Part shown: one piece after another, positions 54,177-64,000 of the stretch
Numbering within the stretch: position 1 is the first letter of the stretch
How the letters are laid out: every line of letters begins with the position of its first letter
DNA from: Rhynchopus sp. YZ270_cl-10
Lineage: Eukaryota
Reading direction: 5' to 3'
NCBI GenBank assembly: GCA_964035575.1
Contig: OZ037847.1
Coordinates: 682,001 to 746,000 of the forward strand
Length of the DNA: 64,000 nucleotides
Notes under the pieces: model-generated
Seen by the model: the letters and a program-made list of their open reading frames with translations, nothing else
Databases searched by the model: none
What the model was told of the DNA's origin: nothing
Translations under genes and position numbers: made by a program

Positions 54177-57100
54177 TTTGTTGGTGTTTTTTTTTGTGTT
54201 TGAAAGTTTGAAAGTGTCCTGATGTGTTTTTTGTTTGCTCCTCTCTCCACCTGATAGTTCTCTTCTTGAAGTCCGATCACGCCTATACGGTCAACGATCA
54301 CACTGCACACTGCAAAAAAAATACAAATTCACTTTATTTCTTGCACACCCACAGTCTATTTTCGCGAGCGTGCACGAATGTCAAGCTAGAGATGGGGGGG
54401 GGGGCTGGGGAAGGGAAGACCTCTGGGAAGAACGACACCACCTGGGAACAAAACTGCCCCCCCCTTGAGATGAACAACGCAAAATCCTGCAAAAAAAAAG
54501 CCTGAATGCCGCGTGCACACATATATTTTACCATCATCGCTAAAAGGGGGCCATGAAGACACACACAACACCAAAGAACACTCCAAAAGATGCATATTTC
54601 TCTATCACCCTGCCCTCTAAGCATACCCTATACAAAGAGAGAAAGCTGTTGAAACTGCATTACGCCTGTAGACGCAAGCAAAGAAAAGTTTTTTAGATGA
54701 ACCTAAGCCTCTTGGTGCTTAGTCACCTTTGTGGGGTAATCAAAAGGCATGAGCACTTCAGTAGCAAACGAAAGGAGAAGGGGGGAAGGGGGGGAAGAAG
54801 TGGAGTGGTGGCAGAACACATTAGGTACCATGTTACGTGGCTGTTTCTGTCATCCACCCGCTGGTGCCAGGGAAAAAAAAAAAAATGACGGTAGTTTTTT
54901 TTTTTTTTCAAAGCGAGGAGGGGAAGAGTAAAACCGTAGGGGGTATGTGGACAGAGAAGTAAAAAAACGTGAAAGATGGAAAAAAATAACCATAAGAAAA
55001 GTTGAAAGATTGTTTCATATACTAACTATTCTACTGAATAGATGGTATAATAGGGTGCACTAAATGTACCCAAACTGAAAGATGAATTTGCCCAACTCAT
55101 AGCACATCAACAAACACAGCAATATATTACTATCGATTGTGCTTTTGTGTCTCATCACAAGACTAAAAAAAAGTTGACTTGAAATATAACAAAAAAAAAA
55201 TAAGGTTGAAATGAATATGCGCATACAGATCAAACTACACCATTCGTGGAATCTGATGAGCGACCACTCTCACCCCTAAGTCAGCTCTCGGTTCATCCCA
55301 GCCCTGCTTTGAAGTGGTCCACTTAGAACACTCCGTACAGAAGGATGCTTAATGCTAATAAAAGAAACCTTAGTGAGAGGGGCCCAATCCTGCAAAGCCC
55401 TGGTCACCTTGTAAACTGTAAGAGGGGGGGGAAAAAAAACATTTCTGGAGTCACCTTTCCTCACACCCCTTTTACCCCAACCGATTAAAGTCATGGTAGA
55501 CGGAGGCCGTCATACAGAGGGAGAGGGAGATCACAACATCAACTAAATGATAAGATTGGTTTTTGTGTGGCGGACGGTTTGGACCCTTTTGAGCCATTCT
55601 TGGGCCAAAAATCGCAAAATCCGCCACCATTTTACCCTTTTTTTTGTATCCGCAATCACCTGGGGGCCTACCCACCTAAATTAGGTGGTTTCTTTATTTT
55701 CAAATATTTGGGGAAGAAACACAGTTTGCTGTAATAATGCAAGCATCCCAGGGCGCGCTACACTATTCGATACATTCTTCATTGCATCGACAATACCCTG
55801 TCCGGAGAAAGACGGGTTATGTACACAACTATGTGTAAAGGGTTTGCGGGGGCCTTTATGTACACAATGTTGTCAAGGCGAATGAATTTCAAAGGTACAG
55901 AATCAGTTTATTTTTTTTAGAGAGGACATAAAGGAAAGATATCTGACCCTGAAGGTTTAAAAAAAAACTAAAGCAAAAATGATATAAAAATTTGAGTGCA
56001 AAAAGAGACATCTGTGATAAAATACAGAGCCTCTTTGTAACAAAATAAAATTTGAGTGATGGAAGATAGTTCCCATCAAAAAAAACGGGGGCACAAAAAG
56101 AGAAAAATTTTAAAAGATGAATGTGCCTCTCATACGCACACACACACACACATCAGTCAAAATATCACCCCAAATTCTTTTTTGACATCTTGGGTTTATT
56201 GCTACACCCGAGGTTTGAAAACTTGAAGCGTAGACACTCGAGGATGAGCCACTATATTTTTTTTTTTGAAAATTTGGTTGTATTAGTGCAGCCACCCTAA
56301 AGTGTGCTCCACTAATACAAGCCACTACTTTTTCTTTGTCCAGACACAGCTATGATACAACTCACTATGCTTTTCCTCACGCATAATTTATAGTAACAGA
56401 AGTACAGATTGTACGACACAAAAACACACCCCCCCCCGAGCAAAAAACAAACTACTTTCGTATACTTTCCATTCGAGAAAGCACACAAAGAAGAGAAAAA
56501 ACTTATTAAATGAATGTGCCTTTCGTGCATACACATCTAAAAAAAACAACCCTTTTCTGGGTTGTCCATTGGGCAGGGGAGTCGGGTGGTACTTTTCCTG
56601 CAGCGGGTCGGGAACCGCATAAATACAGTTTCGCGGTTTGGGGAAACCCCGACTTTTACTTTTCGGTTGCCACCTGATGTTGATAAATTGACTGTTCTTG
56701 AGGCGCTTTCTCGCGGCGGGCATTTTCCTGACGGTAATTACCAACACGGATCCGGAAAAATGTACGTGCTCGCCGTCGTCAACCGGTTCGGAAGCACCGC
56801 GCAGACTGCCAACAAAGCAACGACTGCCGACGGAAAGTAGAGAGTTTCAAACGCAGTGATGAGTGGCGACCGTGACTTCTTCGGCAGCACGACCGCGTCG
56901 GACACCGAATCCTGTGTTGACGACGTCGCAGACAACGATAGTGCCATTGTATGGCAATATTTGGAAATGTTGCGTACCGTGGCTTCACCAGGAACTTTTG
57001 GGTGCCATGACCGCCGTTTTATAAATGTATCGAAGTTACTGATAAGGCTGAAACCCCCCTTGTTCAGCCTCCCCCCACCCGCCTTTCACGATTTTGAGCA

Positions 57101-59093
57101 TCAGAGGAGAGAAAACCCTGCATTGGTAGAAAGTCGCAACGCGCACAGCGACCGCTGTTACGGGGGGGAAATTCGGGACCCAAAAATCGAAACTAAACCG
57201 CTAAAAATGAAAAAAAATGATGACTCACCCGACCCCTCTGCCACCGGAGGGTAAAAAAAGAAGAAAAAGAACTGTTACACAATACTAAAATTTGAAGTCC
57301 TACCAACTGAGCGCTGTTTCTATACACTGTTGGAAACCCTGTTTGCACCTCAACTCGCGTTGGTGCCACAAGGGAGAAAACTAACAGGTGTAACTTTTTT
57401 TGACAAAGGGTCAAATAACGCCAAAAGGTCTGGATAGAACTGCAGAGAAAACTTTATAAGATGAACACCTCGTCGGGCGCAACATATAAAAAGAGGGAAA
57501 AAGAAAGCCAAATCCTTCATGTCGTTACACACAAAGGTTTGGTGCTTTATAAAGGGAGAGAGAATACGGAAAAAAATCAACACGGTGACATTCTTTCTTT
57601 GGATGACCCAAAGTCTGGAAACCCCACCTTGTTGATGCCCGTTTAAAAGATGAATGCCAACAGTGAAGTGTCTTATGAAACTTGGAAGATGTGTAACTAT
57701 AACATAAAAAAAAAGCAAGGTTTGTAAGATGAACCTAAGCCTCCCTCTGCTTAGCTATCTAAAAGAGATGGGTTGATGGGATGTGTGCCTCATGTGAACG
57801 GGGGAGGGACACACAAAAAACGAAATATCATTGTCAACTGATATTTCCCTTTATTTTCCAAAAAAAGGGGGTAGGAAATGGAGCGTGGACCAAAAGAAAA
57901 ATGGACCACTCTAATAAATGAAACACTATCTCCGTGCAGGTAGACGCCACCTATTCCCTGCCAAAAAGAGCAGACGGACAACTTTCACAACTTAAAAAAA
58001 AAAATGACTTTTGTTGGAATGCACTCAGTTGTCATGCTGCAGAATAATATCAACACTGCCACTTTCTTTAATTGTCATATTTCTTTGGTATTTTGAAAAC
58101 GTCGAAGAAAAAAAATAGGGGAAAAGAAGAAGAGAAACTGACGTGAAGAGAGCGGGTCGCACTACCGTAATGATAAAAAAAAAAAACTGAAAATTCGTTC
58201 CCGTTAATACTACCCAAGAGGGTGCAAAACGCAAAAAAAAAGGGGAAAAAGAGAGAAAAGTTTATCAGCTGACCGTAAACATCTCGGCACCTTAAAAGAG
58301 ACAACTCAAAGTGCGTACATTTCTAAAAAGAGAAAAATATGAGTCCAAGTCTCATTTCGTCAACTTAAAGAAAGAGAAACTCTACACCTCGTCCCCTGAG
58401 GTATTAGGGTAGCTTTTGGTGATTGTTTTGACGATTTTACTCTCTATGTACGTCTAAACACTTAAAACTTGATAAAAGGGCGTCATGACTGCACACACAA
58501 AAAAGAACTAACAGAAAACAGGGAGGGGAATATAAAAACAAAAGACCACTACCGCGAGGCAGCTACCACACAACGGTGAACTAAATGACTTGGCTTTGAC
58601 CAGTTTTTTTTTCTGGTTTCACCGTTGTGAGACAACGAAATCAGAAAGTAAAACTACAAGTCAAAATCATTTACTTCACCGTTGTGCACATCAAACACTA
58701 AGAGAATATAGAAACAATGAAACAAAAAACAAGAAACCGGGTAGGCACCACAGAACGAAGGAGAAGAGAGAAAATAAGAAAAGCGTCAGAAGATAAACTT
58801 CCGGGGAGAGGCAGCCCTGAAGGGATAAAAACTCGTTTGCATTGTAGCTAGGCTACACTGGGGGGGGGGGGGGGGGGGAAGCGACTGGTTTTGTTCAAAA
58901 AAACGAACAAATTTAGCAGATGAACCTAAGCCTCCCTGCTTAGTCACCCGAGAAGGAAAAAAAAATATTGAAAGACAAAATTGCCTCTATTTCTCACATC
59001 TAGACATGCTGGGGAAGGGAGGGTATGTGTGTTTGATAACTAGTAGGGGTAATTCTTGCTCAGAATATGGCCCCAAAAAGGGGGGGGGGGTGC

Positions 59094-62000
59094 TCACGTC
59101 ACGGCAGACGCCCCCGAAGGGTCGTGACGGTGATGCAGTGGTTGAATGCCTTCCTGGGCCGCGTGCTTGAATTGCGGGTGGCAGGAGTGGCAGCATTCGT
59201 TTAGGCTTTTTCTGTCCAAGTGGCAGGCCCCACAGCGCGTCAATCTGTGGCTCAGGCAGAAGTCCATCACAAGCTCAAGGCCATCATCCTCTCTGTGGTG
59301 CAGGTTGCAGCAGGTTTCCACTACGGCTCGCACTTTCACACAGGACACACATCTGACTTTTCCGTGGCTCTCACATGAGATGATTTTGGCGTTCTTGCGG
59401 GCCCCCGCGGGGGCTGGTCGCGGGGGTCTGGACCTGAAGGCTGCAGTGTCCACCGCCGCTCTGCCCCGTGCCTGGCTGGATGCCTCCGTCCAGTTCGCGG
59501 CGTAGTGGTCCTGGGGGTAGAACCGTGCTGCCCATGCTTGGCTCTCCTCATACAGGATGGAGCTAGGGCCATGCGGCTGTTCGCTGCGGATGTTGTGGGC
59601 GTTGAGGTGGCGGAGGACGGCCTCTGTCTTGGCGGAAAGCACAGCCCGTCGGTTTACCCCTTGCACCACTGTCCCTCCGAGCGCTGTCAGACTGGTGACA
59701 CCTCCCTCTTTGCCTCTGGTCCAACTGTCGACTTGGACCACACTGCGTAGGTCACGGGTGAGGCTCTGCAGTGACAGTGCTTTGGCCCATACGCTCTTTT
59801 GGAAGAGAGGGTATTCTGCAGCTGCCTGGCTTAGCTGCTCCGCCCTCGCAACTTCGACCGTATCCATCGCTTCATTGCTGAGAGCGTCAGCGTCAGTGTT
59901 GAGGTTCCGCTTGACGTGGCGCCATTCGATGACGTAGCGGGGTTGCAGGTCTCGGATTTGGGCCCTGATGCGGTGGAGGAATGGCTGGAGGTTCTCTTTG
60001 CATGTTGTGTTCCCCTTGATGTGCTCGATGATCAGTTTAGAGTCACCGTATATGGTCGCCTGGCCACACACTTCTGGGGGTAGGTCGCGAAGAAGGCAAA
60101 GGCCACTGCTAGCCCCTTCGTACTCGGCAACGTTGTTGCTTCTTGCAAATGGCAGGGGCGTAGCTACGGATGCTGCCTTCACCCCGTCGATGTAGACAAC
60201 TGCTCCTGCCCCTGCCCTCGCAAATACCGTACCGTTCTGTCTAGCACCACCATCAAAGAACACCTCTGTGCCCTGGCGGCCTTCTAGGGTGTTGCGCACA
60301 GTGCACACGGTTTGAGACGCACAGTATGGCTGGTATCTACGGTTCTTGATACCCGGCAAGGAAAGTCCCGTGGTCAGCTCGAAGTCTATTGCGAGCTCAA
60401 TGTAGCTAACGGAGTGCTCCGATCCGTTATGCGCCCATTGCAGACTGTTTACCCAGTGGTTGGTTGCGTACCATAGGTCTTCACTGTGTTTCCATATGGC
60501 CCCCACGTCTTGGTAACGCAGTGAAGGGAGTTGCACTCGCATGGGTTGGGGAGAAGACCATCCCCATGGGTAGTCAACCAGGCGGTGGTGGCGGGCCGAC
60601 TCTGCTGGGCGGTCATCTCGAATCTGTCTTTGCCTGACTATCTCTATGAATAGCCTTTGCAGATTTCTCACTAGTGCGATCCTCTCGTGGTCGTCTCGCG
60701 GGAGAACGTTGTCGTGGCAGTCGTGACGGTACCGTGGTGCCACCCCGCAAATGACCAGACAGTTCGGCCAGTCCGTCCTGTCCGCGGCTGCGACAGGGTG
60801 ACGGCTGCGTACCTCCTCCCACGCACTGCATTCCCACCACATATGGCGAACTGTTTCGCGGGCTTCGGTCTCACAGTAAGGGCATCCGTCGGTGATGAGG
60901 CCGGATCTACCCGTTGTTGTCATTGCCCCTGCGATGATGGAGCGAAGGATGCCTTTCTGGTACCCGGTTAAGTTGCTCTCGGGGTCTTCCAGCAGGTGCC
61001 TGGTCACTCTGCCGTCAACACCATGTTGGAGTCCGTCGTAGTCGCTCGATCGCTTGTTCGCAAGGGACCTCATTAGGGCATTCCGCAGTTTGTGACGTGC
61101 CTCGGCCTCGACTGACGTGGCTTGCTTTTCGGTGAGGGTGTCAACGTCCAGCAGGGTTTGGTCTCCTGATTCGTTGGTGAATCTGACTTGGTTGGGGGCA
61201 ACCCAGTCCCACCCCAAGGCGTTCAGTGATTCATTGAGGAGGAAGAACGGTCCGTAGGACAGGGAATCTCTGTGCTGCCACGCCACCGCACATAGATGTC
61301 TGCAGTTTTCTCTTCTCATCTGTTTGATCCACGCACGTAGCCTGCGAATGTGGAAGACCATCTCCGGGTCTAGTCGGTGGCCGTGCTGTAGGATGTGCAT
61401 GACCGCCACCACAGCACGTCGCGAAGGCCCGGTCCAGACAGCTGCTGTGAAGTTTTTCTGAAGTTTTGCCCGTTTCTCCGGGGACAGGTAAGTCACGGAC
61501 GCGCCATAATAGCACTTTGACCCCGCAGTCATTGCCGCTATGTGGTCTCGGTGGTTTACTGGTGTTGGGAGGGACCGCACCCTTCCCAGGTTCTTCACCG
61601 CGTTTGAGGACCTGTTGGAGATGCGATTGGAGACGGGCAAGGAGCTAAGGTTGGTGCCTGGTTGTGCGTGCTGCATGACCCCTGTGCTGTCGAAGCTGTT
61701 CTTGACAGGGAGGAACGTCGGAGGGTTGTGGCACATTAGCTCTCCGGTTTGCACGTTGATCACCTTGATTTCACATGGGCGCGTGCGGCACGTGGAGAAG
61801 GTGAGCGACTTTGAGACGCTGATGTCCATCTGGGTGTGGTGAGAGAAGATCACTGTTCGGTCAACGGCCATCTGCTGGAGCTGGTGAGATGGGGCAGTGG
61901 CGTAGATGTCGTCAACGAATGATGTGGTCTCAGCCCCCTTGCTGTCGACCTCACGCATCCATACGCTGATAACAATGTTTATTAGGATCACACTCAATGG

Positions 62001-63998
62001 GCACCCCTGCATGATACCATTGGTTGGTGTGAAGGGTTCTCCCACAGACCCGTTGCACCGGAAGTGTCTCTTCATCTTCACATAAGCCTCTCTGAGTACC
62101 GATAGCACCACTCCATTGAAGCCCAGTCTCGCTGCAAGGCACATCGCGATGTTGATGGGGACGGTATCAAAGCACTTCTTAAAGTCTATGGCTACTCCAA
62201 AGATGTGTTCACCGGTGAGGTGTGCGCATTCTAACTGTGCTGCGAGGTGCCAGTACAAGTCCTCCGTCCCGTGTTTGGGCCTGCACCCGTGCAATCCTGC
62301 AGGTGACAACTTGTCCAACCACGGAAAGGCGGATTGAGCACGTATCGATGCCCATATCCTATAGAGGACCGCCGTGATGGTGATGGGTCGTTGCGACAGG
62401 GGGTCTCCATCACTGTCTGGTTTCGGGATTAGCGGCACCAGTGCTTGCATGAGGGCTTCAGGCCACACGCCGTCCCGTTCGACGGCATTTAGGCATTCCA
62501 CAAGGATGGCGATGATAGAGTCAGGTAGCTGTTCCACTTCGTGTGCTCTCCATCCGTGCATGCCTGGTGAGGTGGTACGCTTCATACGTTTGAGTGCCTT
62601 GTGTACATCTTCCACCTTGATGGGTTCACAAGTCATGTCTTCTGCCGCCGGTAGTACATCTTCGTACACTGCGAGGAAGGAGTCCCAACTTGGCTCGGGT
62701 GAGGAGGCGTATTTTTGGAATATACCACCCCATGCCTGGTTGTCTCTGAGGAGGGAGTCAACCTTGGCTGGGTCAGCCGTGAGAGTGCCATCTTGTTGCT
62801 TCATGAACGCTGCCGGCGTGGTGAAGCGGTCAGCCACATAGTCGAAGATGGCACCTTGACCTTTGCTCCCAACGTTTTGCATGGTGTGCTTCCAATGCAG
62901 ACTGCGTTGTGCCTTCATGGCGGCAAAGGCTTCTCTCTGGGAGCCTTCGAGTTTCTCTAGGAGGCGGTGCAGGTAATCCACTCCGGGGTTTGGTACGAAG
63001 AGGGCCTCAGTGATCTCATCCCTCAGCGGGCCTCCTCGGAGTCGGGACAGCGCCTCCCACGCGTACCTCTCCCTGCGGGTCATTGCGTACGGCTTGTCCA
63101 CAAGCAGTCTGGCCCTTCCTATTTGGAGAAGCGTGCGTAGGTTTCCCATGACAGCGTCCCTCGCCCTTGTTAGCTTTGAGGACGCCCCATTTTTGCTGCT
63201 GTGCTTTGTGGCGTGCCTGGCCGTCTTCACAAGGGATGTCTCGCTTCGCCCGCAGTAATCAGAATGTGGGGACGCTATGCTGTCCTCATGGAGGAGGAGT
63301 AGGAACTTCTCACCCACCTCTGCAAACTCAGCAAGCTTGCTTTCTCCTGATGCCTCGCTCCTGTCGTTTTTCTCCAGCTGGCTAGCAAATGCCACCGCAG
63401 TCTCTGGGGTGTTCCTTGGTCTATCCAGTGGGAAGGGCTTGGGGAGCACGCATCTCCGGGTGCGGCCAGAATATACGTTTAGGTCGAGGGTGAAGGTGAG
63501 CGGTACATGTGTCGGGAAAGGGCAGTCGTCGAAGCTGGAGTCAACTGTCACTTTATAGATCGCTGGTGCTGCCGTCGCATTCGCCAGGCACATATCAATC
63601 CGCGTTCCGTTCGAGTTGGCCGTTCTGCAGGTGAAAGGTGGAGGGGTCCGTTGGGCAGCGGCTAGGCTCTCCGCCACATCAACCCATCTTCCAGATCTCT
63701 GCGCTGCCGCAAGAGTGACGCTATTGGAGGCGTTGCAGTTGAAGTCCCCGATGATGATGACTGGGACTGCGTGACCCAGGCCAGTTGCCATCTCCAATGC
63801 GTCCTTGATGAGTGCTTCTCGTTCGGCCGCCGCCTCCTGGCCTGCGTGTGCGTAGAGGGAGATGACGTGGAAGGCAGCCCCTGCGCCCACCGCAACAGCT
63901 GTGTGGACCACCCTCGTTGAATCGTGACAGCGTTTTTCCACCGGTGATTTAGGCGCGATGGTTTGCGCTATCAGGCCACTCTTGGTCATTATCGCCAC
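59094..63998 (-). CDS. LINE polyprotein: AP endonuclease (partial), reverse transcriptase, CCHC-type zinc finger, RNase H, duplicated Cys/His motif
   Basis: IIGDFN, TRIDM, THVP; SPG.HGW, IPK, QRPIT, DFKKCFD, GIMQGCPLS, SFVDD; CPYC..ETVRHMWWEC; FDGGA..SNNVAEY..GDSKL..HVKRNLNTDADALSN. Confidence 0.95.
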   Translation of the reverse strand: MAIMTKSGLIAQTIAPKSPVEKRCHDSTRVVHTAVAVGAGAAFHVISLYAHAGQEAAAEREALIKDALEMATGLGHAVPVIIIGDFNCNASNSVTLAAAQRSGRWVDVAESLAAAQRTPPPFTCRTANSNGTRIDMCLANATAAPAIYKVTVDSSFDDCPFPTHVPLTFTLDLNVYSGRTRRCVLPKPFPLDRPRNTPETAVAFASQLEKNDRSEASGESKLAEFAEVGEKFLLLLHEDSIASPHSDYCGRSETSLVKTARHATKHSSKNGASSKLTRARDAVMGNLRTLLQIGRARLLVDKPYAMTRRERYAWEALSRLRGGPLRDEITEALFVPNPGVDYLHRLLEKLEGSQREAFAAMKAQRSLHWKHTMQNVGSKGQGAIFDYVADRFTTPAAFMKQQDGTLTADPAKVDSLLRDNQAWGGIFQKYASSPEPSWDSFLAVYEDVLPAAEDMTCEPIKVEDVHKALKRMKRTTSPGMHGWRAHEVEQLPDSIIAILVECLNAVERDGVWPEALMQALVPLIPKPDSDGDPLSQRPITITAVLYRIWASIRAQSAFPWLDKLSPAGLHGCRPKHGTEDLYWHLAAQLECAHLTGEHIFGVAIDFKKCFDTVPINIAMCLAARLGFNGVVLSVLREAYVKMKRHFRCNGSVGEPFTPTNGIMQGCPLSVILINIVISVWMREVDSKGAETTSFVDDIYATAPSHQLQQMAVDRTVIFSHHTQMDISVSKSLTFSTCRTRPCEIKVINVQTGELMCHNPPTFLPVKNSFDSTGVMQHAQPGTNLSSLPVSNRISNRSSNAVKNLGRVRSLPTPVNHRDHIAAMTAGSKCYYGASVTYLSPEKRAKLQKNFTAAVWTGPSRRAVVAVMHILQHGHRLDPEMVFHIRRLRAWIKQMRRENCRHLCAVAWQHRDSLSYGPFFLLNESLNALGWDWVAPNQVRFTNESGDQTLLDVDTLTEKQATSVEAEARHKLRNALMRSLANKRSSDYDGLQHGVDGRVTRHLLEDPESNLTGYQKGILRSIIAGAMTTTGRSGLITDGCPYCETEARETVRHMWWECSAWEEVRSRHPVAAADRTDWPNCLVICGVAPRYRHDCHDNVLPRDDHERIALVRNLQRLFIEIVRQRQIRDDRPAESARHHRLVDYPWGWSSPQPMRVQLPSLRYQDVGAIWKHSEDLWYATNHWVNSLQWAHNGSEHSVSYIELAIDFELTTGLSLPGIKNRRYQPYCASQTVCTVRNTLEGRQGTEVFFDGGARQNGTVFARAGAGAVVYIDGVKAASVATPLPFARSNNVAEYEGASSGLCLLRDLPPEVCGQATIYGDSKLIIEHIKGNTTCKENLQPFLHRIRAQIRDLQPRYVIEWRHVKRNLNTDADALSNEAMDTVEVARAEQLSQAAAEYPLFQKSVWAKALSLQSLTRDLRSVVQVDSWTRGKEGGVTSLTALGGTVVQGVNRRAVLSAKTEAVLRHLNAHNIRSEQPHGPSSILYEESQAWAARFYPQDHYAANWTEASSQARGRAAVDTAAFRSRPPRPAPAGARKNAKIISCESHGKVRCVSCVKVRAVVETCCNLHHREDDGLELVMDFCLSHRLTRCGACHLDRKSLNECCHSCHPQFKHAAQEGIQPLHHRHDPSGASAVT

Positions 63999-64000
63999 GC
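59094..64000 (-). mobile_element. Non-LTR retrotransposon (LINE); 5' part lies beyond the window
   Basis: Uninterrupted ORF of more than 1630 aa with APE endonuclease, RT, zinc finger and RNase H motifs. Confidence 0.95.

Noticed and set aside
54852..54873. CCACC..TGGTGCCAGGG resembling the ingi/L1Tc 5' signature
   Set aside because: Short partial match without the complementary CCCTGG 5' arm; insufficient evidence.
58918..59094. Hairpin A as the 3' end of the adjacent LINE, and so the source of all copies
   Set aside because: The sequence between this hairpin and the LINE stop does not match the extension seen in longer A copies. Proximity is expected given the hairpin density.
1..64000. 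tRNA or rRNA genes
   Set aside because: None recognised by eye. A tRNAscan-SE/Infernal run is needed to exclude them.

Overview
Eukaryotic nuclear DNA, most likely from a euglenozoan such as a diplonemid. This is an inference from three things: every credible gene lies on the minus strand across 64 kb, some genes are very tightly spaced with pyrimidine tract/AG acceptors just upstream of the ATG, and there are GT-AG introns, some only 29-44 nt. Genes in order: a multi-exon Mib-SH3-like/acidic protein, a Ctr copper transporter, a METTL25-like methyltransferase, a hypothetical protein, a secreted protein of 36 x 20-aa repeats with 4 N-glycosylation sequons each, a phosphonopyruvate decarboxylase with a mitochondrial-type presequence, a Ser/Thr kinase, SPCS3, a G6PD with an N-terminal Dpy-30/RIIa-like docking motif, two mosaic RING-H2 paralogues, an SLC6 transporter, a TPR protein, a kinesin, five paralogous helical proteins, and an uninterrupted non-LTR retrotransposon ORF (APE-RT-RNase H-Cys/His repeat) that runs off the window. 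Non-coding DNA holds several MITE-like elements. The most striking unexplained signal is a family of roughly 40 short dispersed hairpins in five sequence subtypes, all co-oriented with transcription. Their stems are conserved, their loops vary, and the best-resolved subtypes pair better on the mRNA-sense strand. All calls are made by eye; no database searches were run.
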